Shown piece after piece: positions 27,234-39,929 of a DNA stretch of 64,000 nucleotides. Both the position numbers and the translations under genes were made by a program. Positions within the stretch are counted from its first letter, which is position 1. Every line of letters starts with the position of its first letter. This stretch comes from the human T2T-CHM13v2.0 reference genome, Homo sapiens: NCBI RefSeq assembly GCF_009914755.1, contig NC_060926.1. The stretch is one strand, 5' to 3'. The notes beneath the pieces are model-generated. The model was not told where the DNA came from, searched no databases, and worked only from the letters and a program-made list of their open reading frames with translations.

Positions 27234-27595
27234 ACATCCTTGAAAAAGAAGACGATCATGTCCTTTGCAGGAACACAGATGGAGGTGGAGGTCATTATCC
27301 TTAACAACATTACCCTTATCCCAGTGCAGGAATAGAAAACCAAATACTGCATGTTCTCACTTATAAGTGGAAGCTAAATGATAAGAATACATGGACACAA
27401 AGAGGGGAACACCAGACACAGGGGCTTACTTGAAGGTGGAGAGTAGGGAGAGGGAAAGGATCAGAAAAAATAACTTTCAGGTAGTAGGGTTAGTACCTGG
27501 ATGATGAAATAATCTATACACCAACCCCCCATGACATGAGTTTACCTAGATAACAAACCTGCACATCTGCGCCTGAACCTAAGAGAAAAAAAAAG
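27234..27595 (+). mobile_element. 5'-truncated L1PA15-like 3' end
   Basis: L1PA 3'UTR; perfect TSD GAAAATGGCATAAA at 27220-27233 and 27596-27609. Confidence 0.9.
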
Positions 27596-29090
27596 GAAAA
27601 TGGCATAAAGTACAGAGGTGTCCTCACCTTCGCCTGTAATTCATCTTTCAAAGCTGCCAGAGAAACCCACGGGCCAGCACATCTGCCAGAGCAGGTGAGA
27701 TCTGTGTGTGTCCGGGGCCCCTTTCCCCTCTGACCATGGATTATTGCTTTTCTTCCTTCCCCAGAGGAAACCAACAGATCAATGGATACACTGCTGGATG
27801 GAGGTAAATGACTTCATTGCTTAGAAAATAAATGACTTTCACTAAATGTTCTTTGCTTCTCTAGTTTTGCATTGTTGTCATTCCTCCTGTCCTCAGAATT
27901 TCTCTGTGTCATTAAACACTGTAAGTTTCTGAATATTTGGAGAAGATGGAGTACATGCCCACTATCTCCCATTATTTAATGGAAATACTGCAGACAAATC
28001 CATTTAGTCTGTACTGTGATCCATCATGGAGACACAGAGTTATCTTTCCACAGTCTTTCCTATGTGACCTCTTATACACAAAATGTCTCTGCCCTTGGGG
28101 TATAGGACAGCCCAAACAAGGCCCCCTGAGACAAATAGAATGTAATATGTGACATTATACTCAACAGCATGCAGAAAGTACACACTGGAAAAAAACACGT
28201 TAGACAAGCAGGATTAGAGGAGTACAACTGAGAAACTTAATGCTGAGATGCACGATTTCAAGACCCTAAGAGCAAGACCCACATCAGGGTGATTAAGTAG
28301 TTATCAATGGATACAGTTCCCTTGCCACTCACATTGTAATGGTTTATAAACTTGCCCTATAATATCATTCAAATTAATCATTGATTGACACCTCCAGTCA
28401 AAGTTGAAAAAAAATTCCATTTCTGCCATGTTAGATAAGTTATATCTCACCTTTTGGCTCATATAGATACCTAGGCACTTAGGTGGAATGGGGAGGGCTC
28501 TAGTTGGTTAGTCTTGCCTGTTGGCATCACCAGTGCTCCTGCTGCCACTGAGGATCCTGCTCCTGGCATATTCTATTATCTGTTGGGGCCTGATGCTGTG
28601 GGCTGACTCAGAAACGGCTTCATTATGGTCTTTCCTGCTGATTACAGACTAGGCAACCAAGAAGTCCATCCTTTTATTTCATATTCCATTGCACTATGCA
28701 GCCATCCAATTTTCCATCAGATTTCCCAGGAAATGTCCCTCTTTCCTTCTTGGATTTAGTTACTTCTAGCCCCTGATTTTCTCTTCCTCGTCATGGGTCT
28801 GCACCGCCCAAATGAAATAAGCATTAATGAAGAGGAAGGGTCCTTAATAGGTGCCTAGAACATTCTATTGTTCATCCTGAAACACATAAGCATATGGAAA
28901 TTGAGCATCTGTATATCTCAGGTGCCTCCTTCACATAATGGGAGGTTTTAATTAAATCTACGGTTAATAAATGACTGTTTTTGGAACACTTAGAACAACC
29001 TTTCAGCACAATCCTTTGGACAGCCTTGCAGCTGCCTCAGAAGTCAAGGCATAGCCAAGTGGGCTCTTACTTCCCACATTCTCCCTCTGA

Positions 29091-29414
<324 letters not shown>

Positions 29415-30761
29415 GGTTTTTCTTCGTTTACATAATTTATATAAATTTCAGTTAATGAAAAGAATATATTTTATTTATTTCCCTTTGTTGAATAGATGTG
29501 CAGATTTGCAGACTAGTCTCGATGAACTGATCTCCATGCATTCATAACTGATTTCCATGACTGTCCAAAAGAGGTGTGTGTGGTTAAAAATCTGCCAGGC
29601 ACTATAAGATCTATGAATCTGTGCAGGGTTTGACTCCTAGCCTTTACCACAACTGCAAGCTTCTGCGCTAGTGATGAACGTTGGGCATAATATTTCCAAC
29701 TCTAGCATTTTCTCTTTAGAGACACTGCCAAATTTACTTGAATAGAAATTAAGAGTCATGGAAGATTATCCAATGCACCTTTTTAAAGTAGAGAATTGAG
29801 GGTTTTTTTTAAGGGTATGTATAGCCCTACTTTCACTTACACGGTAATCAGAAACCAAACGCTACCAGGAGAAAATGTAAAAACATAAGAGACTGTGACG
29901 TCACATGTACCTCCATACAGCTGTCTCAGGTAAAGTCATAAGAGCAATGATTTGCTGAAGGTCTGTTGCAGGCAACTGCATTACCATCTTCTTCTGCTAA
30001 ATTTGATCTGCTTTTACCTGATCCTTGAGTTGGTGCCTATTTTCCAGGAAACACTATGACGAAGAAAAAATTCCCAGCAGCAAATCCAGCCAGTTTCACT
30101 GGCTCATGAAGAAATTCCCCAGTTTCCACAGCTGCATTTTATGAGTGAAAGCACTTTCTCTCTGAGAGTTCTAATTCTCTCCTTTGTCATAGATATTGGA
30201 AGTTGATTTTCATAGATTTGCAGTAGGCAGTGATTTGTAGGTTGCGCTATAGAAAAGCCCTTTGGGAGTTTTCTAATAAAGGTAGTACAGCAAATGTTGA
30301 AACCATGCCAGAAGATCAGGCACAACAATTTACTATCATCCATGTGCCCTTAGAGAAGACCTAAAGAGATTAGGAAGACATCTGGAAATGGAGGCCCAAG
30401 GATGCTAGATATTACAGCTTCTGGACATCTGAAAATAAGAATATAACCATGTTCATTTTTATATTGTGCTGATAATGTTTTCTGATTTATATGGATATCT
30501 GGTTTATCTGCCTCTGGAAAGAGAGCAGCTCTCTAGCCTGTGGCTCCAAAGCGGACATGCACCAAGTACTAAGTAATGAAGGAAGATCAGTCAATTTGTA
30601 ACGTCTCTGAAGTGCTGCCTCAAGGCCATTTCCGTTTTCTGCCTTTAAAGACATAACTAATTGGTGAGATCCAACAAATAAGAGAGTGGTTACGTGGGCA
30701 CCTTAAGACCGGCTAAATTGGGAGACCCTACTCCTCTCCTTGAAGGAAATCTCATTTAATT

Positions 30762-31338
30762 TGTAAAATAAAATTCTAAGGCCCTCCAAGCATATGAATG
30801 GACTTTCTTCTCTGCCAGGGCATTTTTAAAATTTAACCTGAAAGACTGTTTCAGTCCATGACAGGAAGTGGGGATCCGACATGTCTCATTATTCCTCTCC
30901 AGAATTAACATCAACAAAGACCTTTAAGTCTGATAAGAAGCATTTATAATCTATTCTCTCTGAAGCCTGCTAATCTGCATGATTAAACTTTGGTCTCTAA
31001 AACCTCTTATCGTGCACCCAGACATTTTCTTTCTATTATTCCCAGGTATTTAGATAAACTCAGCCAATTGTCAACCAGAAAACTTTAAGTCTACCTGTAA
31101 CCTGAAAGCCCCCCCATCGAGTTGCCCTGCCTTTCTGGACCGAACCAATGTATTTCTTAAATGCATTTGATTGATGTCTCATGTGTCCATAAAATTTATA
31201 AAATCAAACTGCACCCTGACCACCTTGGCCACATGTTCTCAGGATCTCCTGTGGACTGTGTCAAGGACCATGGTCACTCATATTTTGGTCAGAAGAAATC
31301 TCTTCAAATATTTTAGAGTTTTACCCTTTTCATTGACA
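30762..31338 (+). mobile_element. MER4B-like solo LTR (ERV1)
   Basis: TGTAAAATAAAATTCTAAGGCCC..AATTTAACCTGAAAGACTG..TTTTCATTGACA. Confidence 0.85.
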
Positions 31339-31529
31339 AAATCCTTTTAATTGGAACCTGTGAATATTTCCAAATACCATGAGAAAAATACTAGTTGAAA
31401 CAGGTTGTGTGTTGTTATTTGTTTTGTTTTTCATAATCCTATCATTCCCTAAAAATTACATTGCTTAGCAGTATTTGAGGTTTTATTGTGTATAGAAAAG
31501 GTATTTGTTTATATATCCAAAATTCATTC

Positions 31530-32306
31530 TGTCACTTAGAATTATATCCGCCTGCATGTGAGAGAAATCTGACAGTACTAACTTCACTGAATAGTTTCTG
31601 TTTCTTTTTTTTTTCTTTATTATTATTATTATTATACTTTAAGTTTTAGGGTACATGTGCACAATGTGCAGGTTAGTTACATATGTATACATGTGCCATG
31701 CTGGTGTGCTGCACCCATTAACTCGTCATTTAGCATTAGGTATATCTCCTAATGCTATCCCTCCCCCCTCCCCCCACCCCACAACAGTCCCCAGAGTGTG
31801 ATGTTCCCCTTCCTGTGTCCATGTGTTCTCATTGTTCAATGCCCACCTATGAGTGGTTTCTGTTTCTAACGTGATAAGCAGTTGGGAGGTAAGCAGGTTA
31901 CACAGGTGCAGTGGTTTCACAAGGCTACCAGGAACTCGTGTTCTTCTGCCTTTCTTTTCTACCATCGTGTTAGGATGCCTCTCATCCTGTAGTGACAAGA
32001 TGGTTAAACCACCTGCATTTGTGTTCCAGGAAGGAAATTAGAGACATGTGTGAAAGGTGAAATATATGTGACAGCCAGGTCATTGTTTTACTCAGGGAAA
32101 CAGTAGCTCTTATGGAATTTCCACTCAGCCAATACATCTTGGATGACAAAATTAGGATGCAGCACCATCCCCAGCTGCAAGGAATTCTGAAGAGGAAAGT
32201 TTCTGGTTTTAAACTGGACACATTGCCATCCTCAACAATGTCATAAAATTTTGGGTAAGAAATAAGTTTCTAAATGTTGGGTAAGAAAGTAGCAGTGTCT
32301 AATACA
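31530..32306 (-). mobile_element. MLT1K-like MaLR LTR interrupted by L1PA3
   Basis: GTGACAAGATGG..CCCCAGCTGCAAGGAA..GGACACATTGCC..GCAGTGTCTAATACA. Confidence 0.65.
31606..31855 (-). mobile_element. Young 5'-truncated L1PA3-like 3' end
   Basis: Close to the recalled L1PA2/3 3'UTR (TACTTTAAGTTTTAGGGTACATGTGCACAATGTGCAGG). Perfect TSD GTTTCTGTTTCT at 31594-31605 and 31856-31867. Confidence 0.95.
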
Positions 32307-32610
32307 GTCTACTCCTTGAGCTACATACATGTCCTTTCAAAGGAGACAATCTCAAAATCTCATCCAGTTTCTTAATCCTGTTGAAAGTCCAGATTTTTGG
32401 GTGATATAAACTCCTCTCTGCCTGGATAAAATGAAGTTCCTATGGTCTCTTGATCTTTAAGATTAAAAGACAAGTTATCACCTTATATTTGATATGCAAT
32501 GGTGGAAAATGAGACATATAGCAATAACATGTATTTCCACTTGGAGAAAGGGATGATGGGAAACAAATTTTCCTGTTGCACAGAAATACTGAGCACTCTA
32601 AGATGTTCTT
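32307..32610 (-). mobile_element. MLT1 internal remnant
   Basis: Follows the LTR directly; AAGGAGACAATCTCAAAATCTCATCCAGTT..AAAAGACAAGTTATC. Confidence 0.5.
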
Positions 32611-32618
32611 AGGTATTC

Positions 32619-32734
32619 TTTTTTGTTTGTTTGTTTGTTTTTTTGACAGAGTGTCCCTCTGTCGCCCAGGTTGGAGTGCAGTGGCGTGATCTCGGCTCAC
32701 TGCAAGCTCCGCCTACCGGGTTCACGCCATTCTC
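32619..32734 (-). mobile_element. Partial AluY (tail plus part of the right arm)
   Basis: (TTTG)n tail, then GACAGAGTG..CAAGCTCCGCC..TCACGCCATTCTC, then an abrupt end. Confidence 0.9.
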
Positions 32735-33109
32735 AGTTGGCTTTCATCCTCCTGATCAAAAGTTGTTTGTTTTAGAGAACTGAGCCATAAAAGAGTTGGA
32801 GAGGTATTTTTAACTTTGTATATTGTCACTTCTAAATAATGTTGGTTCTTTTAGTAAGGAAAAGGGGACAAAGGATATTTATCAGCCAGCCAACAGTGTT
32901 TTCCACTGTTTCTGAACCCACAGCTGGCATAACACACTTGGTGAAGTGGATGGAGAGAGTCTGTCTTGTGAACTCTAGCCAAGTTCCATGTGGTCATTCG
33001 AGTTCAAGTGTGCTAGGAAAAGGTTGTCTAATTCCCTGTACCACATATTCTGGGTGTGGGGGTGAAGATTATGGAACAATGATGACATGCAATATACTTT
33101 TCAATATTT

Positions 33110-33561
33110 TCATGAAGTCAGCTATTGACAGATTAATGCTGTATAACAAAACTCCATGGCATAAAACTACCATCATTTACCCTAATCCTATGTCTGTAGA
33201 TTGTCTGAGACTTGAATGATCTAGCTTGGACTCAGCCAGTCTTGGCTCCATGCTGAAAGGTCCATGTCTGTTCCATGTGCCTGTCATCCTACTTGGATCA
33301 GTGAACTAGCCAATATCTGTCCTCAACAATGAGACAGAAACACAAAAGGGCACACCCATCCATCCAAGAATATTTTGAGCCTCTACCAGTATCACCAGTA
33401 TCTACCAGTATCACATCTACTAAATTCTATTAGTTAAAAGAAGTCACATGGCCAAGTCCAAATTTACTTTGCTTCCTTAGGGTAATACTCCAAAGACACA
33501 TAGCAAAGGGTGTAGATACAGGGAGGGTAAATAAGTGAGGCCAATAGTTGAATTTACCATA
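33110..33561 (-). mobile_element. MLT1G/H-like MaLR LTR
   Basis: TCAGCTATTG..GCTGTATAACAAA..AAGTCACATGGCCAAGTCC..CAAAGGGTGTAGATACAGGGAGGG. Confidence 0.75.
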
Positions 33562-33869
33562 AGAAAGCTTGATGATAAAATCTAATCACAGCACTTATTC
33601 CCCATTTGAAGCAGCGGGAACAATTTTCATATATTCTATAATAGAACATAATTTCTAAGCAAAAAGATTTATTTGTAAGGATGCATGCTATCTTTCTTCT
33701 ATCTTTGTAAAAGAAGTTGCTGGTCACAGCTGGTTAAATTTATGTGCTTCCAACAAGAAAAAATACTTACTTCATGGTGGTTTACGTCAGGAAACTTGAG
33801 ACTAATGGAGGAATCTAATCAAGAGTTTCTGGTCATTTTGTAAATACTTTTGAAAAACTGTGGTTTATA

Positions 33870-34005
33870 TTTTTGTATTATTATTATTATTTATTTTTAT
33901 GTTTTATATGATTATTTATATTTATATTATATAGAATTATATATTTATATTTTTAGATTTATTTTTATATTTTATTGTATATTTTTATATTTTTAAAATA
34001 AATTT
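33870..34005. repeat. AT-rich low-complexity tract
   Basis: TATTATTATT/ATATTTTTAT runs. Confidence 0.85.
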
Positions 34006-34053
34006 AGGGATAACATATTTATTTATGTCACAGAATGTTAATACTGGAAGAAT

Positions 34054-34411
<358 letters not shown>

Positions 34412-34429
34412 TATTCATATTCAGCGAGC

Positions 34430-35260
34430 TCATTTATTCCAAACTCCAGTCAAGTCTAGAAATTATTTTTCTGTCACATGCCTTATAGATGGACTGTCCA
34501 TGTGACTTCCAGTGTGGGACAGTCACAGCTTCAGGAGGCAGCTTATTCCATTGTCCCATGAGTCTGGTTGAAAAAGTTAGCTTAGGGTCTTCCTCCCTTT
34601 GCCCTTAATTTTAGAGACCTAGAAAATGCTCTGCCAATTCTATTTTAAAAGTATCTGTATATTAACTTCCAAAAGTTTCCATGACAAGTTACCACAAACG
34701 GAGTGGTTTAAAACAATGGAAACTTATCTCTCAGACTCAGATGAGAGATTTACGAATTTTCAAAGCTAGAACCTGAAATCAAGGTATCAGCAGAGCCGTG
34801 CATCCTCTGAAGGCTCTAGGGAAGAAAACTTCATGCTTCTTTGGAGCTTCCATTGGATCCCTGCAATCCTTGACATTCCTTGCTTATAGCTTCATCTTTT
34901 CAGTCTCTGCTTCTGTCTTCAAATGGCCTTCCTCCCTCTGTGTGTCTCTAGTTGTCTTCCCCTTTTCTCATAAGGATAACAGTTGTTGGATTTAGTGCCT
35001 ACCCTAATCCAGTATGACCTCACCTTAACTAATTACATCTTCAAAGACTATTTCCAAATATAATCACATTCTGAGGTTCCAGATGTACATGAATTTTGGG
35101 GGAACACTGTGCAACATACTAAAAAGACCATTTCAAATATTTGAAGAGAGGTACCATGCTCCCACCTTGGTCTCTTTTTTAGGTCTAATACCCTGAGCAC
35201 CCTCAAATCCTTTTAAATTATATTACTCCCAGGCCTTCACCATCTAGGTTAACTTCCTTC
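34430..35260 (-). mobile_element. L3/CR1 fragment interrupted by MLT1
   Basis: GGCAGCTTATTCCATTG..AAAAAGTT; resumes CCATTTCAAATATTTGAAGA. Confidence 0.5.
34656..35121 (-). mobile_element. MLT1C-like MaLR LTR
   Basis: ACAAGTTACCACAAAC..GAAATCAAGGTATCAGCAG..TAATCCAGTATGACCTCACCTTAACT. Confidence 0.85.
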
Positions 35261-36255
35261 AGTTTTATTTAAAAGTATTCATAAACTGACACTGTGAATC
35301 AGAAATGGGTAATTTTATTTATTTTGAGCATAACTACTACTAAAAGAAATTTACAAAAAACGTTATTTGTAAGCTTCCATACCCAAGAATCAGAATGTGA
35401 TTTTGTCCAAATAATAATTTAGCCTGCTGAGAAAAATGCCTGCCCCCGATCTCGTACCTGGTGATCCAAGATGGGAAAGATATTAAATCAGAAATCATCT
35501 GCACCATCCTGATACTGACTTTTATACTCCATTGGGTGCTTTTTAGATTGTATTTTACTACCTATGTCAAAGACCGATACTGGTCAAGACTTATTACCCA
35601 CCAATGGGCTGTAAAGAGACTGCTGAAAAGGGCATTGGAGGCCACTGAAAGCATAGATCACAGTCTGCTAGGGCAAAAACACCCCTGGCCTGGGACTTTA
35701 TTAACGTTAGACTTTCTTTACTGCCCTTTCAGCCGTGCTTCAGAGCCTCCCATTGCAGCCGAGGCTTTGGAGTGTCAAGGGCTGCAGAAGAATGAGAATA
35801 TTGAAAATATGCCTCCTTCTATCCTAAAACACCAAAGCAGGGACCACATCTCAATTAATTCAATCCGAAGATTATATACCTGGGCATAGGGCCCTGTTCT
35901 GAACTCTGTAGAAGAATTAATCAATCACAATATTTATTTAACTTCTCCCATATATTAGACAAGGTATTGTCTCTGGGTTGACAGTCTAAAGGTGGATGAA
36001 ACAAAAAGTGATAATATAAGTAAGATGTGGAATAAATACAGCTTAGTACGTGACTGCTCAGCCTCTGGAGCTATACAGACTTGGATTCAAATTTTGGGCC
36101 TGCTTCTTATTAAATAAATGTGACTTTGGTTAATTTACCGTTCTCTCAAAGCCTCAAATTCTTCATCTGGAATACGAAAATAATAAATCTATGTAATTTT
36201 TGATAAAAATATTTGTACATATTTGGGGGTATATGTGACATTTTGTTATATACAT

Positions 36256-36800
36256 GACCTTTTGACCCAGCAATCCAGTAATGACTGGGTATATACCCAA
36301 AGGATTATAAATCATTCTACTGTAAAGACACATGCCCACATGTTTATCACATCACTGTTCACAAAGCAAAGACTTGGAACCAAACCAAATGCCCATCAGT
36401 GATGGACTGGATAAAGAAAATGTAGCACATATACACCATGGAACACAGCCATAAAAAAGGGTGAGTTCATGTCTTTTGCAGGGACATGGATGAAGTTGAA
36501 AATCATCATTCTTAGCAAACTAACATAAGAACAGAAAACCAGACACCACATGTTCTCACTCATAAGTAGGAGGTAAACAATAAGAACACATGGACACAGG
36601 GAGGGAAACATCATACACCAAGGCCTGTCAGGGGATGGGGGACTAGGGTAGGGATAGCATTAGGAGAAATACCTAATGTAGATGACGGGTTGATGGGTGC
36701 AGCACACCACCATGGCACCATGGCACGTGTATACCTGTGTAACAAACCTGCATGTTCTGCACATGTATCCTACAACTTAAAGTATAGTAAAGAAAAAAAA
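36256..36800 (+). mobile_element. L1PA7-like 3' end
   Basis: TTTGACCCAGCAATCC..GGAGAAATACCTAATGTAGATGACGGGTTGATGGG..ACTTAAAGTAT followed by an A tail. Confidence 0.9.
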
Positions 36801-36885
36801 TTTAAAAACATAAATATACACTTACCCTATGACCCAGCAATCCCACATCTATATATCTATCCTAGAGAAATAAAAATGTATGTAT

Positions 36886-36889
<4 letters not shown>

Positions 36890-36924
<35 letters not shown>
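36890..36924 (+). repeat. (CA)n microsatellite
   Basis: Directly visible. Confidence 0.95.
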
Positions 36925-36925
<1 letters not shown>

Positions 36926-37030
36926 GACTGTATAATGATTAAGTCCGGGTATTTTGGGTATCCATCACTGCAAATAGTTATGATTTCTGTAAGTTGAGAA
37001 CATTTCAAGTCTTCTGTTCTAGCTATTTTA

Positions 37031-37205
37031 TGTATGTATGTATTTATTTATTTATTTACATTTGGAAACAGGGTCTCTAGACTGGAGTGCAGTGGCATGA
37101 TCTTGGCTCAATGCAATCTCCACCTTCCCAGCTCAGGTGATCGTCCTGCCTCAACCTTCTGAGTAGCTACGACTACAGCTGCACACTGTCACACCCAGCT
37201 AATTT
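37031..37205 (-). mobile_element. Alu right monomer (FRAM or truncated AluJ)
   Basis: 16-bp TSD TGTTCTAGCTATTTTA at 37015-37030 and 37206-37221. Confidence 0.9.
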
Positions 37206-37526
37206 TGTTCTAGCTATTTTAAAATATGCAATACATTGTTGTTAACGATAGTTGCCCTATTCTGCTATCAAATATTATAACTTATTCCTTCTCTCTAACT
37301 GTGTTTTATAGGGTTGTTGTGAGGACTAAATGAAAAAACTGCATGCAACGTATTTAGCAGAATATCTGACACACAATTAAGTTTTGTTTTTTATTGTAAT
37401 AGTGAAAGACAAAGCAAAACAATTTTTAAAGGAAAACAAGGCTGAAGGATGCACACTACCTGATTGTAACAGTTACTATGGTGGTGCATTAAACAGGACA
37501 GCGTGGAATTGGCATGGGGTATATAT

Positions 37527-37942
37527 TGATATGGTTTGGCTCTGTGTCCTCACCCAACTCTCATGTTGAATTGAAGTTGCAGCCAATTGGAGTTGCAACC
37601 ACAGTGTTAGGGGTGCAGCCTGGTGGGAGATGATTGGATCATGGGGGTGCTTTCTAATGGCTTAGCACCATCTCCGCAGTGCTATCTCATGATAGAGTTC
37701 TCAAGAGATCTGGCTGTTTAAAAATGTGTGTACCTTTCTTCTTCACTCTCTATTCCTCCTGCTCCAGCTATGTAAGACATGCCCTTTGCCTTCAGCCATG
37801 ATTTTAAGTTTTGTGAGGCCTCCCCAGTCATGCTTCCTGTACAGCCTACAGAACTGTGAGTCAATTAAACCTCTTTTCTTTACAAGTTACTCAGTCTCAG
37901 GTAGTTCTTCATTTTAAAAAAATGCAAGAACGGACTAAGACA
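37527..37942 (+). mobile_element. MSTA-like MaLR solo LTR
   Basis: TGATATGGTTTGGCTCTGTGTCC..CAATTAAACCTCTTTTCTTT..GGACTAAGACA; TSD TATAT/TATAC. Confidence 0.9.
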
Positions 37943-38562
37943 TATACGAAGGCTGGTGGTATAGAATACATAGACCAGATACCCAAATGTAGACATAAAC
38001 AGAAAGTCAATTGATTTTTGACAAAGGTTCTAAAGTAATCCAATGGGAAAAGATTAGTATATTCATTTAAATGTGCTAGACAGTTGGACATATATAAGAA
38101 AAAACAAAACAAAACAAACCACCTCCTCAAAAAACACTTTATGCCACATATAAAAATTAATTCAAAATGTACCATAGACCTAAAGTTAAGAGCTGAAATT
38201 TTAAAAATCAAAAAAAAAGAAACCACAGGAGAAAAATCCTGTGACCCTGCATTGCACAAAAATTCCTTATCACAGGAAGAAGCAAACCATAAAAAGACAA
38301 CTGATAAATTGAACTTTCTTTATAATGGCGAACTTTTCTCTTCAAAAAAGACTGCCAAAAATGTGAAATTTCTACAAGTTTGGAGAATATATTTACATAA
38401 CGTATGTCTGATAAAAATTTGTATCCGGCATATGCAAAGATATCTTAAAACTTAAGAAGAAATATAATTTGATTTAAAAATAGTGAGCAAAATATTTAAT
38501 AGATACTTCAACAAAAATGTCAAAGGAACGGCAAGTGAACACATTAAAAAGTAACTTGTGTG

Positions 38563-38857
38563 GGCCAGGTGCAGTGCTCACACCTGTAATCCCTACACTT
38601 TGGTAGGCCAAGCTGGGATAATCACTTGAGCCCCTAGTTCAAGACCATCCTGGCAACATAGTGGGACCCTGTCCCTACAGAAAATTTTAAAAATTAGTTG
38701 GGCATGATGGCACACACCTGTTATTCCAGCTATTCTAGAGGCTGAGGTGGGAGGATGGCTTGAGCTCAGGAGGTGGAGGTTGCAGTGAGTCATGATCATA
38801 TCATTGCATTCCAGCTTGCATGACAGAGTGAGACTCTGCCAAAACAATAATAATAAT
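38563..38857 (+). mobile_element. AluJ
   Basis: Diverged dimeric Alu (CACTTGAGCCC, GGGAGGATGGCTTGAGC). Confidence 0.93.
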
Positions 38858-39929
38858 CTGCATGCTCGATCATTAGGGAAAAATTTATCAAAGCCACAAT
38901 GAAATACCACTGCACTAGAATTACTAAAATTCAAAAGACTAAAAATACAAAGCATTGACAATAATGTGGAGTAACTCTTAACAGTCACATATTAACATAT
39001 TACTGGGAAGGTAAAATGGTATAGCCACTTTAGAAAATAGTTTGTCTCTTTCTTATAAAGTTAAAAAATTAAACACATACTCACCATACAGCCCAGTATT
39101 CCACTCTTAGGTATTTACTCAAAAGAGATGAAAACAGAAATGTTTACACAAAAACCTGCACATGAATGCTCATTGTTTCTTTATTTATAGTCACCAAAAC
39201 TGCAACAACTCAAATGTCCATCATCTTTTGAATGAATGAAGAATTGTAGTGGATCCACGTAATGCATTAATAGTCAGCAACAAAAAGAAACAAACTACTA
39301 ATTCATGTAAGAATATGGATGAATCTCAAAAGCATTGTGCTAAGTGCAAGAAGCTAGACACAGAACACTACATCTTATCTGATTTCATTTTATGACATTC
39401 TAGGAAAGGAAAATCTACAGAGACAGAATAAATCAGTGGTTGCCAGGCGCTGCCATTGTACGAAAGGAATTGACTGCAAGGGACTTGGGAGATAGTTTAA
39501 GGGGACTGGAATGTTCTATATCTTGCTTGTGATGTTGGTTACATGCCTATCTACTTTTACTGTCTGTAAAGTATAACTGAATATAGTTTATCACAATAAC
39601 ACAAAACACATTATAAAGTCATGTTTTATTTATCATCAAAAGAAACAGAAAAATAAAGATTCATACAATAATCAGAATATTAAAATAAATCTTATCTAAG
39701 GGTAAAGTAGACCTCCACCTTCTTTTAAAGAGGAAGACAGTCAAGTCCAGAAAATAACACTGATTACTAATGGGTTACATACAATTTGACCTTTATTGTC
39801 CGGGAGGGCTTTTAAACCTAGCGTAGTTGTCGTAGAAATGTAGCAAGAACCTCAAGCAATTAAATAAAAGGCAAAGCATTCCTATCACTCCCCCATAAAA
39901 TGATGCATTTGTTTTAGATTAGCAACTGG

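Larger units (their letters stand above)
36198..37307 (-). mobile_element. L1MA (MA5-7-like) 3' end in three pieces
   Basis: TTTGTACATATTTGGGGGTA..TTTTGTTATATACAT | ATAATGATTAAGTCCGGGTATT..TCTAGCTATTTT | AAAATATGCAATACATTG. Confidence 0.8.
36040..37380 (+). mobile_element. MIR split in two (36040-36190 and 37308-37380) by nested L1/Alu insertions
   Basis: 5' half CAGACTTGGATTCAAAT..TGTGACTTTGG; 3' half ATAGGGTTGTTGTGAGGACTAAATGA. Confidence 0.75.
37395..39590 (+). mobile_element. L1ME-type ORF2 3' part and 3'UTR, interrupted by MST and AluJ
   Basis: AATTGATTTTTGACAAAGG; GTAAAATGGTATAGCCACTTTAGAAAA; TCAGTGGTTGCCAGG..GGAATGTTCTATATCTTG. Confidence 0.8.

Noticed and set aside
29570-29730. tRNA-like B-box (GGGTTTGACTCC)
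   Set aside because: No cloverleaf; most likely the decayed head of a MIR-type SINE
35461-35889. 142-aa ORF with a hydrophobic N-terminus in non-repeat DNA
   Set aside because: GTG start, no recognisable domain or promoter context; length is compatible with chance
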